Numbered from the stretch's first letter, positions 45,703 to 54,838 are shown. The stretch is 64,000 bases of DNA from Burkholderiales bacterium (GCA_026125445.1 JAHCLE010000002.1:946-64945), one strand, 5' to 3'. The notes: a model not told the origin generated them from the letters alone. Program-made: numbers and translations.

Positions 45703-46713
45703 ATGAAGGCATGGAAGCTCTGGAGCATCGCGGGAGCCGCCGCGGTGGGCCTCGCCGCCAGCACGCTGGCGGCGGCCGAAGTGGACGAGGTCAAGATGAT
45801 GCAGCAGTACGGCATCGGCTACATGCAGCTCACGCTCATGAAGCACGACAAGCTGGTCGAGAAGCACCTGGCCAAGGCGGGGATGCCCGGCACGAAGGTC
45901 ACGTGGGCGACCCTGGGCGCGGGCGCCGCGGCCAACGACGCGCTGCTCGCCGGCGGCCTGCACTTCGCCGCGGGCGGCACGGGGCCCGCCTTCATCCTCT
46001 GGGACCGCACGCGCACCAACGTCCAGGTGCACGGCGTGGCGGCGCTCTCCTCGATGCCCAACATGCTGATCACGCGCAACCCGAACGTGAAGAGCCTCAA
46101 GGACTTCACCGACAAGGACCGCATCGCGATGGCGGGCGCCGGCTCCTCGGTGCAGACCATCTTCCTGCAGATGGCCGCGGCCAAGGAGTTCGGCATCGAG
46201 AACTACAAGAAGATGAATCCCCTGATGGTGAACCTGCCGCACCCCGAGGGGCTGCGCGCGCTGCTCTCCGGGCAGGGCGAGGTCACCGCGCAGTTCACCT
46301 CGCCGCCGTTCCAGAACACGGCCCTGCAGAACCCGGGCATCCACAAGGTCCTCGACTCCTACGAGATCATGGGCGGGCCCAACACCTTCCTCATGGTCTG
46401 GGCGACGAAGAAGTTCCGCGACGAGAACCCGAAGACGTACAAGGCCGTTCTCGACGCGATGAAGGAGGCGACCGCCGCCATCAACGCCGACATGAAGCGC
46501 GCCGCCGAGGTGTACGTGAAGGAAGGCGGCGGCAAGCAATCGGCCGAGGACATCCTCAAGATCATGCAGGCCCCCGGCATCAAGTACACGCTGGCGCCGG
46601 AGGGAGTGCTGCCCTTCGCGCAGTTCATGCACAGGATCGGCACGCTCAAGACCGAGCCGAAGTCGTGGAAGGATCTCTTCTTCCCCGACATCCACGACCT
46701 GCAGGGCAGCTGA
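45703..46713 (+). CDS. ABC transporter periplasmic substrate-binding protein, NMT1/THI5 (NitT/TauT) type
   Basis: GGAGGA RBS and a signal peptide, followed by matching ATPase and permease genes. Confidence 0.85.
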   Translation: MKAWKLWSIAGAAAVGLAASTLAAAEVDEVKMMQQYGIGYMQLTLMKHDKLVEKHLAKAGMPGTKVTWATLGAGAAANDALLAGGLHFAAGGTGPAFILWDRTRTNVQVHGVAALSSMPNMLITRNPNVKSLKDFTDKDRIAMAGAGSSVQTIFLQMAAAKEFGIENYKKMNPLMVNLPHPEGLRALLSGQGEVTAQFTSPPFQNTALQNPGIHKVLDSYEIMGGPNTFLMVWATKKFRDENPKTYKAVLDAMKEATAAINADMKRAAEVYVKEGGGKQSAEDILKIMQAPGIKYTLAPEGVLPFAQFMHRIGTLKTEPKSWKDLFFPDIHDLQGS

Positions 46714-46754
46714 CGGCCGCGCGCGGGAACCGCGCGCACCGAGGAGGAGAAGGC

Positions 46755-47555
46755 ATGCAAGCCGCCGAGCAGCCGCCGGCCCTGCTCCGGGTCGACGGCG
46801 TCACGCTGCAGTACAAGACCCGGGAGCACCTCGTCACGGCCACCTACCGGGTGAGCTTCGAGGTGCTCCCGTCCGACCGCTTCGTGCTGCTGGGCCCGTC
46901 GGGCTGCGGCAAGTCGACGCTGCTCAAGGCGGTCGGGGGCTACCTCAACCCGGTCGAGGGCCGCATCACGCTCAAGGGCGCGACCGTGACGCGCCCGGGC
47001 CCGGACCGGGTGATGGTCTTCCAGGAGTTCGACCAGCTTCTGCCGTGGAAGACGGTGAAGCAGAACGTCATGTTCGCGCTGGAATCCTCGGGGCGCCTGA
47101 AGGGCCCCGAGGCGGCCGACCGCGCCATGGCCTACATCGAGAAGGTGAAGCTCACCCGCTTCGCCGACAGCTACCCGCACATGCTCTCGGGCGGGATGAA
47201 GCAGCGCGTGGCCATCGCGCGCGGAATGGCGATGGAGCCCGACATCCTGCTCATGGACGAGCCCTTCGCGGCGCTGGACGCCCTCACGCGCCGCAAGATG
47301 CAGGACGAGCTGCTGCAGCTCTGGGAGGGCACGCGCTTCACGGTGCTCTTCGTCACCCACTCCATCCCGGAGGCCATCCGCATCGGCAACCGCATCCTGC
47401 TGCTCTCCCCCCACCCCGGGCAGGTGAAGGCGGAGCTGAACAGCGACGGTACCGACCCCGAGGACCCCGCCACGAGCGAGCGGCTCTCGGAGCGCATCCA
47501 CCGCATGCTCTTCGCCGAGCACGACGCCATCGAGGAGCCGCCCGTCCATGTCTAG
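46755..47555 (+). CDS. ABC transporter ATP-binding protein (NitT/TauT family)
   Basis: Walker A 'GPSGCGKST', signature 'LSGGMKQR' and Walker B 'LLMDEPF'. Confidence 0.9.
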   Translation: MQAAEQPPALLRVDGVTLQYKTREHLVTATYRVSFEVLPSDRFVLLGPSGCGKSTLLKAVGGYLNPVEGRITLKGATVTRPGPDRVMVFQEFDQLLPWKTVKQNVMFALESSGRLKGPEAADRAMAYIEKVKLTRFADSYPHMLSGGMKQRVAIARGMAMEPDILLMDEPFAALDALTRRKMQDELLQLWEGTRFTVLFVTHSIPEAIRIGNRILLLSPHPGQVKAELNSDGTDPEDPATSERLSERIHRMLFAEHDAIEEPPVHV

Positions 47556-48417
47556 CCCCCCCATCGCCCGCCCCGAGTACGTCCGCGAGCAGGTCCAGGA
47601 GCACGATTTCGACGTCGTCAACAAGCCGCTCACGGCCTGGGAGCGCGTGCGCGACAACACGCTGGTGCGGCGCCTCTTCATCCTGGCGGTCCTCGCGGGC
47701 ATCTGGCAGGCCTACGCGGCGTACCTGGACAACGCGCTGGTCCTGCCCACCTTCGTCGAGACGATGCGCTCCTTCGTCGCGCGGGTGTGGAGCGGCGAGC
47801 TCCTCCTCAAGAGCTGGGTCTCCCTCAAGGTGCTCATGCAGGGCTACGCCCTCGGGCTCGCGCTGGCACTCGTCTTCACCATCCTCGCCATGAGCTCGCG
47901 GCTGGGCAACGACCTGCTGGAGACGCTCACCGCGATGCTCAACCCCCTGCCCGCCATCGCGCTGCTGCCGCTCGCGCTCATCTGGCTGGGCCTGGGCAAC
48001 CCCAGCATCGTCTTCGTGCTCGTGCACGCCGTGATGTGGCCGATCGCGCTCAACACCCACTCCGGCTTCATGGGGGTGTCGGGCACGATGCGCATGGTGG
48101 GCCGCAACTACGGCCTCACCGGCGTGCGCTACGTCGGCATGATCCTCATCCCGGCCGCCTTCCCCTCGATCCTCGCGGGCCTGAAGATCGGCTGGGCCTT
48201 CGCCTGGCGCACGCTCATCGCCGCCGAGCTCGTCTTCGGCACCACCTCGGGATCCGGCGGGCTGGGCTGGTTCATCTACGAGAACAAGAACCTGCTCGAC
48301 ATCCCGGCCGTCTTCTCCGGGCTCTTCGCGGTGATCATCATCGGCCTCGCGGTCGAGAACCTCGTCTTCCGGATCATCGAGCAGCGCACGATCCTCAAGT
48401 GGGGCATGCACTCCTGA
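47548..48417 (+). CDS. ABC transporter permease (NitT/TauT family)
   Basis: 289 aa with about 6 TM segments. 8-nt overlap with the ATPase gene. Confidence 0.9.
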   Translation: MSSPPIARPEYVREQVQEHDFDVVNKPLTAWERVRDNTLVRRLFILAVLAGIWQAYAAYLDNALVLPTFVETMRSFVARVWSGELLLKSWVSLKVLMQGYALGLALALVFTILAMSSRLGNDLLETLTAMLNPLPAIALLPLALIWLGLGNPSIVFVLVHAVMWPIALNTHSGFMGVSGTMRMVGRNYGLTGVRYVGMILIPAAFPSILAGLKIGWAFAWRTLIAAELVFGTTSGSGGLGWFIYENKNLLDIPAVFSGLFAVIIIGLAVENLVFRIIEQRTILKWGMHS

Positions 48418-48470
48418 GCGCCGGCGCCCTCGAGCGCCTGGCACCTGCCTCCGCGCTCCTCCTCGGCACC

Positions 48471-49763
48471 GTGTGGATCGCGGAGATGGTGCGCATCTTC
48501 CACCCCTCGCCAGGGCTGGGCCGGCTCGCCGCGGCGTGCCTGGCGGCCTACGCGCTGCTGGCGCTCGCGCGCGCGAGCGCGCACATCCGCGGCCTCTTCT
48601 TCCTCGCCCTGGGCCTCGCGGCCGCGGCGGCCTTCTGGGTGGGCTCGGCCGCGGCGCTCGCCGCCGGCTTCGCCAAGGCGCAGGTCTTCGGCGCCTTCCT
48701 GCCCTCCGTGCTGATGCTTCGCGCCACGGTCGAGGCGAGCCCGCGCATCGAGAGCCTGCGCACGGACCTGGGAGGCCTCGGGCACGAGGCGGCGCTCAAC
48801 TGGACGCAGTACGGCTCGCACGCACTGGGCGCGGTCCTCAACGTCGGGGCCACGGCGATCCTCGCGCCCGTCGTCTCGCGCGTGGCCGAGCCCGCCCGCA
48901 TGGCCGACGTGGCCTGCAGCGCCGCGCGCGGCGTGGGCGGCGCCGTGCTCTGGTCGCCCTTCTTCCTCGCGCTCGCCTTCACGAGCCAGCTCGTCCCCAA
49001 GGCCCCCCTGTGGCAGTCGATGCTCGTGGGTCTCGGCCTGGCGGCCATCGGGCTCGCGCTCTCCTACGCGCTCTTCACGCCGGGGCTGGGCTGGAAGGGC
49101 TGGCGCGCGAGCCTCGCGCGCCTGGCGCCGCTCGCCGGCCCGATGCTCGCGGTGATCGGCGCGGTGGTGGGCGCCACCTTCCTCTTCGGCCTGAGCGGCC
49201 TGCAGTCGGTGGCGGTCGTGGTGCCGCTGCTGTGCATCGCCTGGCTCGCCACGTGCGGGCCGTCCGCGACGGCGGGCGTGGTGCGGCGGACCGTCACCAA
49301 CTTCGCGCGGCTCTCCGACGAGCTGCTGATCGTCCTCGGGGCCACCCTGCTCGGCGCCGCGGTGGCCTCCCTTCCGGCGGTGCAGTCGCTCGGCACCGCC
49401 ATGACCCCGGAGCTCGTCTCCGGTCCCGCGCTCCTCGCCGCGCTCGTGATCGTGCTGCTGGTGCTGGGCCAGGCGGGCCTGCACCCGATGATCGGCTCGA
49501 GCATCGTGATCCCGGTGGTGGCCGCGGGAGGCTTCGGCGTGTGCGGCGTGGCCGTCGTCTCGGCCGGCGTCTTCGCCTGGGCCCTCAACGCGAGCGTGTC
49601 CATCTGGACGCTGCCGGTGGCCGTGGCCGCGAGCGCCTTCGGGGTGCCGGCGCGGCAGATGCTCACGGCCCGGACGCTGCGCTTCGCCGCGCTGCACGCG
49701 CTGGCCGGCATCGCCTTCCTCGGGATCGCCAACGCGATCCTCCTGCGGCTGGGATGCCCCTAG
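48471..49763 (+). CDS. hypothetical polytopic membrane protein (about 430 aa)
   Basis: Continuous hydrophobic ORF downstream of the permease, with 10 or more predicted TM segments. Start is uncertain (GTG 48471 or ATG 48486). No family recognised. Confidence 0.5.
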   Translation: MWIAEMVRIFHPSPGLGRLAAACLAAYALLALARASAHIRGLFFLALGLAAAAAFWVGSAAALAAGFAKAQVFGAFLPSVLMLRATVEASPRIESLRTDLGGLGHEAALNWTQYGSHALGAVLNVGATAILAPVVSRVAEPARMADVACSAARGVGGAVLWSPFFLALAFTSQLVPKAPLWQSMLVGLGLAAIGLALSYALFTPGLGWKGWRASLARLAPLAGPMLAVIGAVVGATFLFGLSGLQSVAVVVPLLCIAWLATCGPSATAGVVRRTVTNFARLSDELLIVLGATLLGAAVASLPAVQSLGTAMTPELVSGPALLAALVIVLLVLGQAGLHPMIGSSIVIPVVAAGGFGVCGVAVVSAGVFAWALNASVSIWTLPVAVAASAFGVPARQMLTARTLRFAALHALAGIAFLGIANAILLRLGCP

Positions 49764-49798
49764 CCGCCCCTCTCGTGCCCACGACCCTGGAGCAGCCC

Positions 49799-50188
49799 AT
49801 GACCGCCGAACCCACGCCCGTCACCGACGACTACATCCGCCGCGGCGAATTCAATCCGCTCTGGGAGCAGATGCGCGCCCTCGACCCGCAGTTCATGGAG
49901 GCCTACCTGCGCTTCCGCGACGTGCCGCACAAGACGGGGCCGCTGCCGCCGAAGTTCAAGGAACTCGTCCTCGTGGCGGTGAACGCCGCGACCACGCACC
50001 TGTACGCGCCCGGCGTGCGCCGGCACATCGCCAACGCGCTGCGCGCCGGGGCCACGCGCGAGGAGGTGCTCGAGACCATCGAGCTGGTCACCGTCATGGG
50101 GATCCACTCGTGCAACCTCGCGATCCCCATCCTGTGCGAGGAGTACGAGAAGTTCGCCGCCGGCCAGGCGCCGGCGCGGGCCGGCTGA
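49799..50188 (+). CDS. carboxymuconolactone decarboxylase (AhpD-like) family protein
   Basis: 129 aa with a GGAG RBS. 'LPPKFKELVLVAVNAATTHLYAPGVRRHIANALRAGATREEVLE' CMD-domain pattern. Confidence 0.7.
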   Translation: MTAEPTPVTDDYIRRGEFNPLWEQMRALDPQFMEAYLRFRDVPHKTGPLPPKFKELVLVAVNAATTHLYAPGVRRHIANALRAGATREEVLETIELVTVMGIHSCNLAIPILCEEYEKFAAGQAPARAG

Positions 50189-50200
50189 GCGGAGGGCGCG

Positions 50201-51898
50201 ATGGCGAGGATGAGCGGCGGGAAAGCGGTGGTGGCGGCGCTGGAGGCCGAGGGCGTGCGGCACGTCTTCGGGCTCATCGGCTCGGCCGGCATGGAGATCT
50301 TCGACGCCCTGCACGATTCGCGGGACATCCGCTTCGTGGGCGTGCGCGACGAGCGCACCGGCGTGCACATGGCCGACGGCTACGCGCGCGCCTCGGGCGC
50401 GGCCGGCGTCTTCCTCGCCGGCCAGAATGGCCCGGGGGTCACCAACCTCGTGACCGGGCTCGCGCAGGCGAACGCCGCGTACTCGCCCGTGGTGGCGCTG
50501 GCCGGATCGCTCTCCTCGGCCCACGTCTGGCGCGACGCCTTCCAGGAAGTGGACCAGCAGGCGCTGCTCCGCCCCGTCACCAAGAAGACCTGGACGGTGA
50601 CGCAGGCCGCGCGAATCCCGGAGATGGTGCGCGAGGCCTTCTCGACGGCGCTCGCTCCCCGGCGCGGGCCCGTGGCCCTCAACCTGCCCCGCGACCTGCT
50701 CGCGGAGGTGGCCGACATACCCGACCCGCCTTCGCCCGCCGCCTGGCGCGCCGCCGGCGCCGCCGCGGGAGACGCAGACCTGGTGCGCGAGGCCGCGAAG
50801 CTGCTGGCCAGCGCTTCGCGTCCCCTCGTCATCGCGGGCGGCGGGGTGAAGAACGGCCGCTCGCACGGTGCGGCGCTGGCGCTGGCGGAGATCCTCGGCG
50901 CCCCCGTGGCGCTCTCGCCCGGGCACGGCGACGCGGTGCCCTGCGACCACCCGCTGTACGCCGGGCAGGTGGGCCCGCGCGGCAACGCCGTGGCTTCGCG
51001 CCTTGCGCGCGAGGCCGACGTGATCCTGGCGCTGGGAACGCGGCTGGGCTTCAACACCACCTTCTACAGCTACGACAACCTCAGCCGCGACGCGCGCATC
51101 GTGCACGTGGAGCAGGAGCCCACGGCCGTGGGCCGCTTCTTCCCCGTGGCACTGGGCGTGGTGGGCGACGCGGGGCGCATCGCCGGGCAGCTCGCCGCGG
51201 CGCTCGCCGGCCACCGGCCCGGCGCCGCGACCGCCGCGTGGACCGCAGCCTTTCGCGAGGAGCGCGCGAAGCTGCTGGCCGATCGCGAGGCCGCCGGACG
51301 AGCCCGCGGCGACCCCATCCAGCCGGCCTCGCTCTACCACGCGCTGCGGCAGGCGGCGCCCGCCGACGCGATCTTCACCATGGACGCGGGAACGCTGTGC
51401 CTGCAGGCCACCGACCAGATGCCCTACCGCACGCCGCCCTCGCTCTTCACGCCGCTCGACTTCGGCCTGGTGGGCTTTTCCTACGCGGCGGGCCTCGGTG
51501 CGAAGCTCGCCTGCCCCGGGCGCACGGTGGTGAGCCTCATGGGCGACGGCGGCTTCGGCATGACGGCGAGCGAGATCGGCACCGCGGTCGCGAACGGCAT
51601 CGCCACCGTCTGCGTCGTGATGAACAACGGCTGCTGGGGCGCCGAGAAGGCCTACCAGCGCGACTTCTTCGACGGCCGCTACATCGGCGCCGACGTTCCG
51701 AACCCGCCCTACGACCGGCTGGCCGAGCTGTGGGGCGCCGCGGGGTTCCGCGTCGATCGCGCTTCCGAGCTCGACGCGGTGCTGCGCGAGGCGATCGCCT
51801 GCGGCCGCCCGGCGATCGTGGACGTCGCGGTTGACCCGAACGCGCTCTACAGCTTCCGCCGCGATTCCTTCAAGCACCGCGACAAGGGCGCGAAGTAG
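50201..51898 (+). CDS. thiamine-diphosphate enzyme of the acetolactate synthase / sulfoacetaldehyde acetyltransferase superfamily
   Basis: 565 aa. N-terminal Pyr domain ('GQNGPGVTNLVTGLAQA') and C-terminal 'GDGGFGMTASEIGTAVANGIATVCVVMNN' ThDP motif. Confidence 0.9.
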   Translation: MARMSGGKAVVAALEAEGVRHVFGLIGSAGMEIFDALHDSRDIRFVGVRDERTGVHMADGYARASGAAGVFLAGQNGPGVTNLVTGLAQANAAYSPVVALAGSLSSAHVWRDAFQEVDQQALLRPVTKKTWTVTQAARIPEMVREAFSTALAPRRGPVALNLPRDLLAEVADIPDPPSPAAWRAAGAAAGDADLVREAAKLLASASRPLVIAGGGVKNGRSHGAALALAEILGAPVALSPGHGDAVPCDHPLYAGQVGPRGNAVASRLAREADVILALGTRLGFNTTFYSYDNLSRDARIVHVEQEPTAVGRFFPVALGVVGDAGRIAGQLAAALAGHRPGAATAAWTAAFREERAKLLADREAAGRARGDPIQPASLYHALRQAAPADAIFTMDAGTLCLQATDQMPYRTPPSLFTPLDFGLVGFSYAAGLGAKLACPGRTVVSLMGDGGFGMTASEIGTAVANGIATVCVVMNNGCWGAEKAYQRDFFDGRYIGADVPNPPYDRLAELWGAAGFRVDRASELDAVLREAIACGRPAIVDVAVDPNALYSFRRDSFKHRDKGAK

Positions 51899-51901
51899 CC
51901 G

Positions 51902-53518
51902 ATGGCGCCGGCGCACGACTACATCGTGGTGGGCGCGGGATCGGCCGGCGCGGCGCTGGCCGCGCGGCTTTCGGAGTCGGGCCGCTTCCGCGTGCTGCTC
52001 GTCGAGGCCGGCGGCCCGGATTCCAACCCGTGGATCCACGTCCCCCTGGGCGTGGGCAAGCTCCTCACGAACGATCGCCTCGCCTGGAGGTTCGAGACCG
52101 AACCGCAGCCGGAGCTCAAGGGGCAGCGGGTCTACTGGCCGCGCGGCAAGGTGCTGGGCGGCTCGAGCGCCCTGAACGGCATGGCCTACGTGTGGGGCGA
52201 CCCGCGCGAGTTCGACCGCTGGCGCGAGGCGGGCCTCGCAGGATGGGGCTGGTCCGACGTGGCGCCCTACTTCGCGCGCCTGGAGAACAACCCGTTCGCG
52301 AGCCTTCCGGGGCGCGGCCATTCCGGGCCCCTTCGCATCACCGACCGCGCCGCGCGCGACCGCGACGCGCTCTCCGACGGCTTCGTGGCGGCCTGCCGCG
52401 ACGCGGGCATCGCCGACACCCCGGACTACAACGCGGGGAGCTACGAGGGAGTGCGCTACCTGGAACAGACGGCGCACGCCGGCCGTCGCTGGAGCACGGC
52501 CACCGCCTACCTGCGCGAGGCCCGGCGGCGCCCGAACCTGCGCATCGAGACGGGCGCCGTCGTCTCGCGCGTGCTCTTCGAGGGCGGTCGCGCGGTCGGC
52601 GTCGAGATCCTCCAGGGGAGCGCCCGCCGCGAGGAGCGGGCCGCGCGCGAGGTGATCCTGTGCGCGGGCGCCATCCAGTCGCCGCAGCTGCTGGAGCTCT
52701 CCGGCGTCGGGGACGCGGCGCGCCTGCAGGCGCTGGGAATCCCGGTGGTGGCGCACCGCCCCGCGGTGGGCGAGAACCTCATCGACCACCTGCAGCTTCG
52801 CTGCACCTACGAGACGCGCCTGCCGATCACCATCAACGACGTGATGCGAAGCCCCTGGCGGCGGCTCGCGGTCGGGCTGCAGTACCTGCTCACGCGGCGC
52901 GGCCTCATGGCCGGCACCTCCTCGACGGCGCACGCGATCACCCGAACCTCGGCGCAGCGGGACCGGCCCGACGTGATGATCCGCATCTACCACATCAGCG
53001 GCAAGGACCGTTACTCGCGCTCGCCCGGCGCGGGCATCGACCCCTTCTCCGGCTTCTCGCTGGGCGGCTTCCAGCTGCACCCGGCCTCGCGCGGCTCCAT
53101 CCACGCCCGCTCGCGCGACCCGCTCGAGCACCCGCGCATCGAGCCCAACTACTTCGCCGCCGAGGACGACCGGCGCACGGGGGTCGCGATGCTGCGTCTC
53201 ATCCGCCGCGTGGCCGCGCAGCCCGCGATCGCCTCGCTCATCGTGCGCGAGACGCGCCCCGGCCCCGAGGTCGAGGACGACGAGGCCCTGCTCGACTACG
53301 CGCGCGGCTGCGGCCAGACCGCCTGGCACACGGTGGGCACGTGCCGCATGGGCCCTGAGGCCGACTCTGTGGTGGACGCGCGGCTGCGCGTGCACGGCGT
53401 TCAGGGCCTGCGGGTGGCCGACGCCTCCGTGATGCCCACGATCCCCTCGTCAAACACCAACGCGCCGGCCATCATGATCGGCGAGAAGGCCTCCGACCTC
53501 GTCCTCGCCGACGCCTAG
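51902..53518 (+). CDS. GMC family (choline dehydrogenase-like) FAD oxidoreductase
   Basis: 538 aa. 'DYIVVGAGSAGAALAARLSE', 'GKVLGGSSALNGM' and C-terminal 'HTVGTCRMG' / 'LRVADASVMP' motifs. Confidence 0.9.
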   Translation: MAPAHDYIVVGAGSAGAALAARLSESGRFRVLLVEAGGPDSNPWIHVPLGVGKLLTNDRLAWRFETEPQPELKGQRVYWPRGKVLGGSSALNGMAYVWGDPREFDRWREAGLAGWGWSDVAPYFARLENNPFASLPGRGHSGPLRITDRAARDRDALSDGFVAACRDAGIADTPDYNAGSYEGVRYLEQTAHAGRRWSTATAYLREARRRPNLRIETGAVVSRVLFEGGRAVGVEILQGSARREERAAREVILCAGAIQSPQLLELSGVGDAARLQALGIPVVAHRPAVGENLIDHLQLRCTYETRLPITINDVMRSPWRRLAVGLQYLLTRRGLMAGTSSTAHAITRTSAQRDRPDVMIRIYHISGKDRYSRSPGAGIDPFSGFSLGGFQLHPASRGSIHARSRDPLEHPRIEPNYFAAEDDRRTGVAMLRLIRRVAAQPAIASLIVRETRPGPEVEDDEALLDYARGCGQTAWHTVGTCRMGPEADSVVDARLRVHGVQGLRVADASVMPTIPSSNTNAPAIMIGEKASDLVLADA

Positions 53519-54534
53519 GCGTGCAGCTCCACGACGTCGCCATCGGCGACGGCGTGCTCCGGCCCCACCTGCTGGCCGTCGTGCCCGGACTTGCCCCACA
53601 GGCGGGCGTAGCGAAGCGAGTGCTCGAGGTCGCGGTGGATGAGGCGCGCGACGTCGGCCACGGTCTGGCCGCGGCGAAGCGCGTAGGGACGCGACTTGTC
53701 GGGGGCGTGGCCCGGCGCCTTCGTGTACACGCGCACGATGCCGAGGTGGGCGAACAGCCACGGCCCCAGTTCTCCCAGGCCCCTTCCCGTCAGCGCCGAG
53801 ACGACCATCGCCGGAAAGCGAAGCCCCGAGAGATCGAGGAACGCGCGCAGCTCGCCTTCGGGGTCGGCGAGGCGGTCGGCCTTGTTGGCCAGCAACAGCG
53901 CCGGCAGGCGGATGGCGAAGGGATCGTCGGCCGCCGCTTCGCTGCCGTCTTCGCCTCCAGGCCAGCGCGCGGCGAGCGTCACCCGCTTCTTCGCGAGGAT
54001 CTCCGCGATGGCGCGAACCTGCTCCAGACAATCCGGCTCCGCGAGGTCGAGGACGAGGATCGCGGCGTCCGCGCCCTGCAGCGTGGCGGCGAGCCAGGGC
54101 ACCGCGTGCTCCGGCGAGACGGCGGGCAGGTCCACGAGCTGGAAGGCGATGTCCTCGTGCGGCATCATCCCCGGCTCCGGAAACTGGGTGGTGAAGGGAT
54201 AGTCGGCCACCCCCGCGTGCGAGCCGGTGAGCCGAACGTGCAGCGACGACTTGCCCGCGTTAGGAGGCCCGATGAGCGCGACCTGCGCCGCCCCCTCGGG
54301 CCGCACCACGAGCGAAGGTCCCCCGCGCGCCCCGCCCTTGTGCGCGCCGCCCTCGAGCTCCTCGCCCAGGTCCTTGATGCGCGCCTTGATGTCGGCCTGC
54401 AGGTGCTCGGTGCCCTTGTGCTTGGGGATCGTGCGAAGCATCTCGCGCAGGCACTCGAGGCGCTCGCGCGGGTCGCGCGCCTCGCGGAAGGCGGCCTCGG
54501 CGGACTTGTACTCGGGGGAGAGGTTGGCGGGCAT
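53515..54534 (-). CDS. DRG-family (developmentally regulated GTP-binding protein-like) GTPase with C-terminal TGS domain
   Basis: 339 aa. G1 'GPPNAGKSS', G2 'YPFTT', G4 'NKAD', TGS region 'IVRVYTKAPGHAPD...YARLWGKS'. N-terminal helix 'PKHKGTEHLQADIKARIKDLGEEL' is as in DRG proteins. Confidence 0.8.
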   Translation of the reverse strand: MPANLSPEYKSAEAAFREARDPRERLECLREMLRTIPKHKGTEHLQADIKARIKDLGEELEGGAHKGGARGGPSLVVRPEGAAQVALIGPPNAGKSSLHVRLTGSHAGVADYPFTTQFPEPGMMPHEDIAFQLVDLPAVSPEHAVPWLAATLQGADAAILVLDLAEPDCLEQVRAIAEILAKKRVTLAARWPGGEDGSEAAADDPFAIRLPALLLANKADRLADPEGELRAFLDLSGLRFPAMVVSALTGRGLGELGPWLFAHLGIVRVYTKAPGHAPDKSRPYALRRGQTVADVARLIHRDLEHSLRYARLWGKSGHDGQQVGPEHAVADGDVVELHA

Positions 54535-54595
54535 GGCGTCGCTCGATCCTACCGGTCGGCCTTGCCGCCGTCGCGCCGGTCGCGGACCGGAAAAC

Positions 54596-54669
54596 TGGAG
54601 GCAGGGAGCGGAATCGAACCGCTGTACACGGCTTTGCAGGCCGCTGCATAACCACTCTGCCACCCCGCC
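54596..54669 (-). tRNA. tRNA-Cys (anticodon GCA), CCA encoded
   Basis: Reverse complement GGCGGGGTGGCAGAGTGGTTATGCAGCGGCCTGCAAAGCCGTGTACAGCGGTTCGATTCCGCTCCCTGCCTCCA. Confidence 0.9.
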
Positions 54670-54709
54670 CGGGGTGCCCGGCCGGGGACGGCCGGGGCCG
54701 AAACGCATC

Positions 54710-54732
54710 GGGGGGAGGATCGACCTCCCCCC
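54710..54732. repeat. hairpin GGGGGGAGG-atcga-CCTCCCCCC (left copy of a flanking hairpin pair)
   Basis: The stem sequence is identical to that of the hairpin at 59442-59468. Confidence 0.6.
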
Positions 54733-54752
54733 GAAGGGAATCTGGAAGGTGA

Positions 54753-54782
54753 ATTATACATCGCGCCGCCGGGTGCGAGGAA
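54753..54782 (-). promoter_or_regulatory. candidate sigma70 promoter for tRNA-Cys (TTCCTC-N18-TATAAT)
   Basis: Perfect TATAAT (minus strand, 54758-54753) in an otherwise GC-rich spacer, about 84 nt upstream of the mature tRNA 5' end. The -35 element is weak. Confidence 0.35.
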
Positions 54783-54838
54783 GCCGCGGCCCTGCCCCAA
54801 GGGCCAATGCCCCGAATTGCGCCAGATCAAGGCATTGC

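Noticed and set aside
50201-53518. Calling the ThDP enzyme sulfoacetaldehyde acetyltransferase (Xsc) and the GMC enzyme isethionate dehydrogenase.
   Set aside because: By eye I can see only the general superfamily architecture. The protein is shorter than the Xsc I recall, and there is no pta, sulfite exporter or sulfite dehydrogenase nearby. The idea is kept as a hypothesis in the findings, not as an annotation.
54260-54830. Minus-strand ORFs 54260..54655 and 54549..54830, and plus-strand ORF 54227..54892, around tRNA-Cys.
   Set aside because: They read through the tRNA-Cys gene or the GTPase gene in wrong frames. Their composition is junk-like, and no start signals or family motifs are present.
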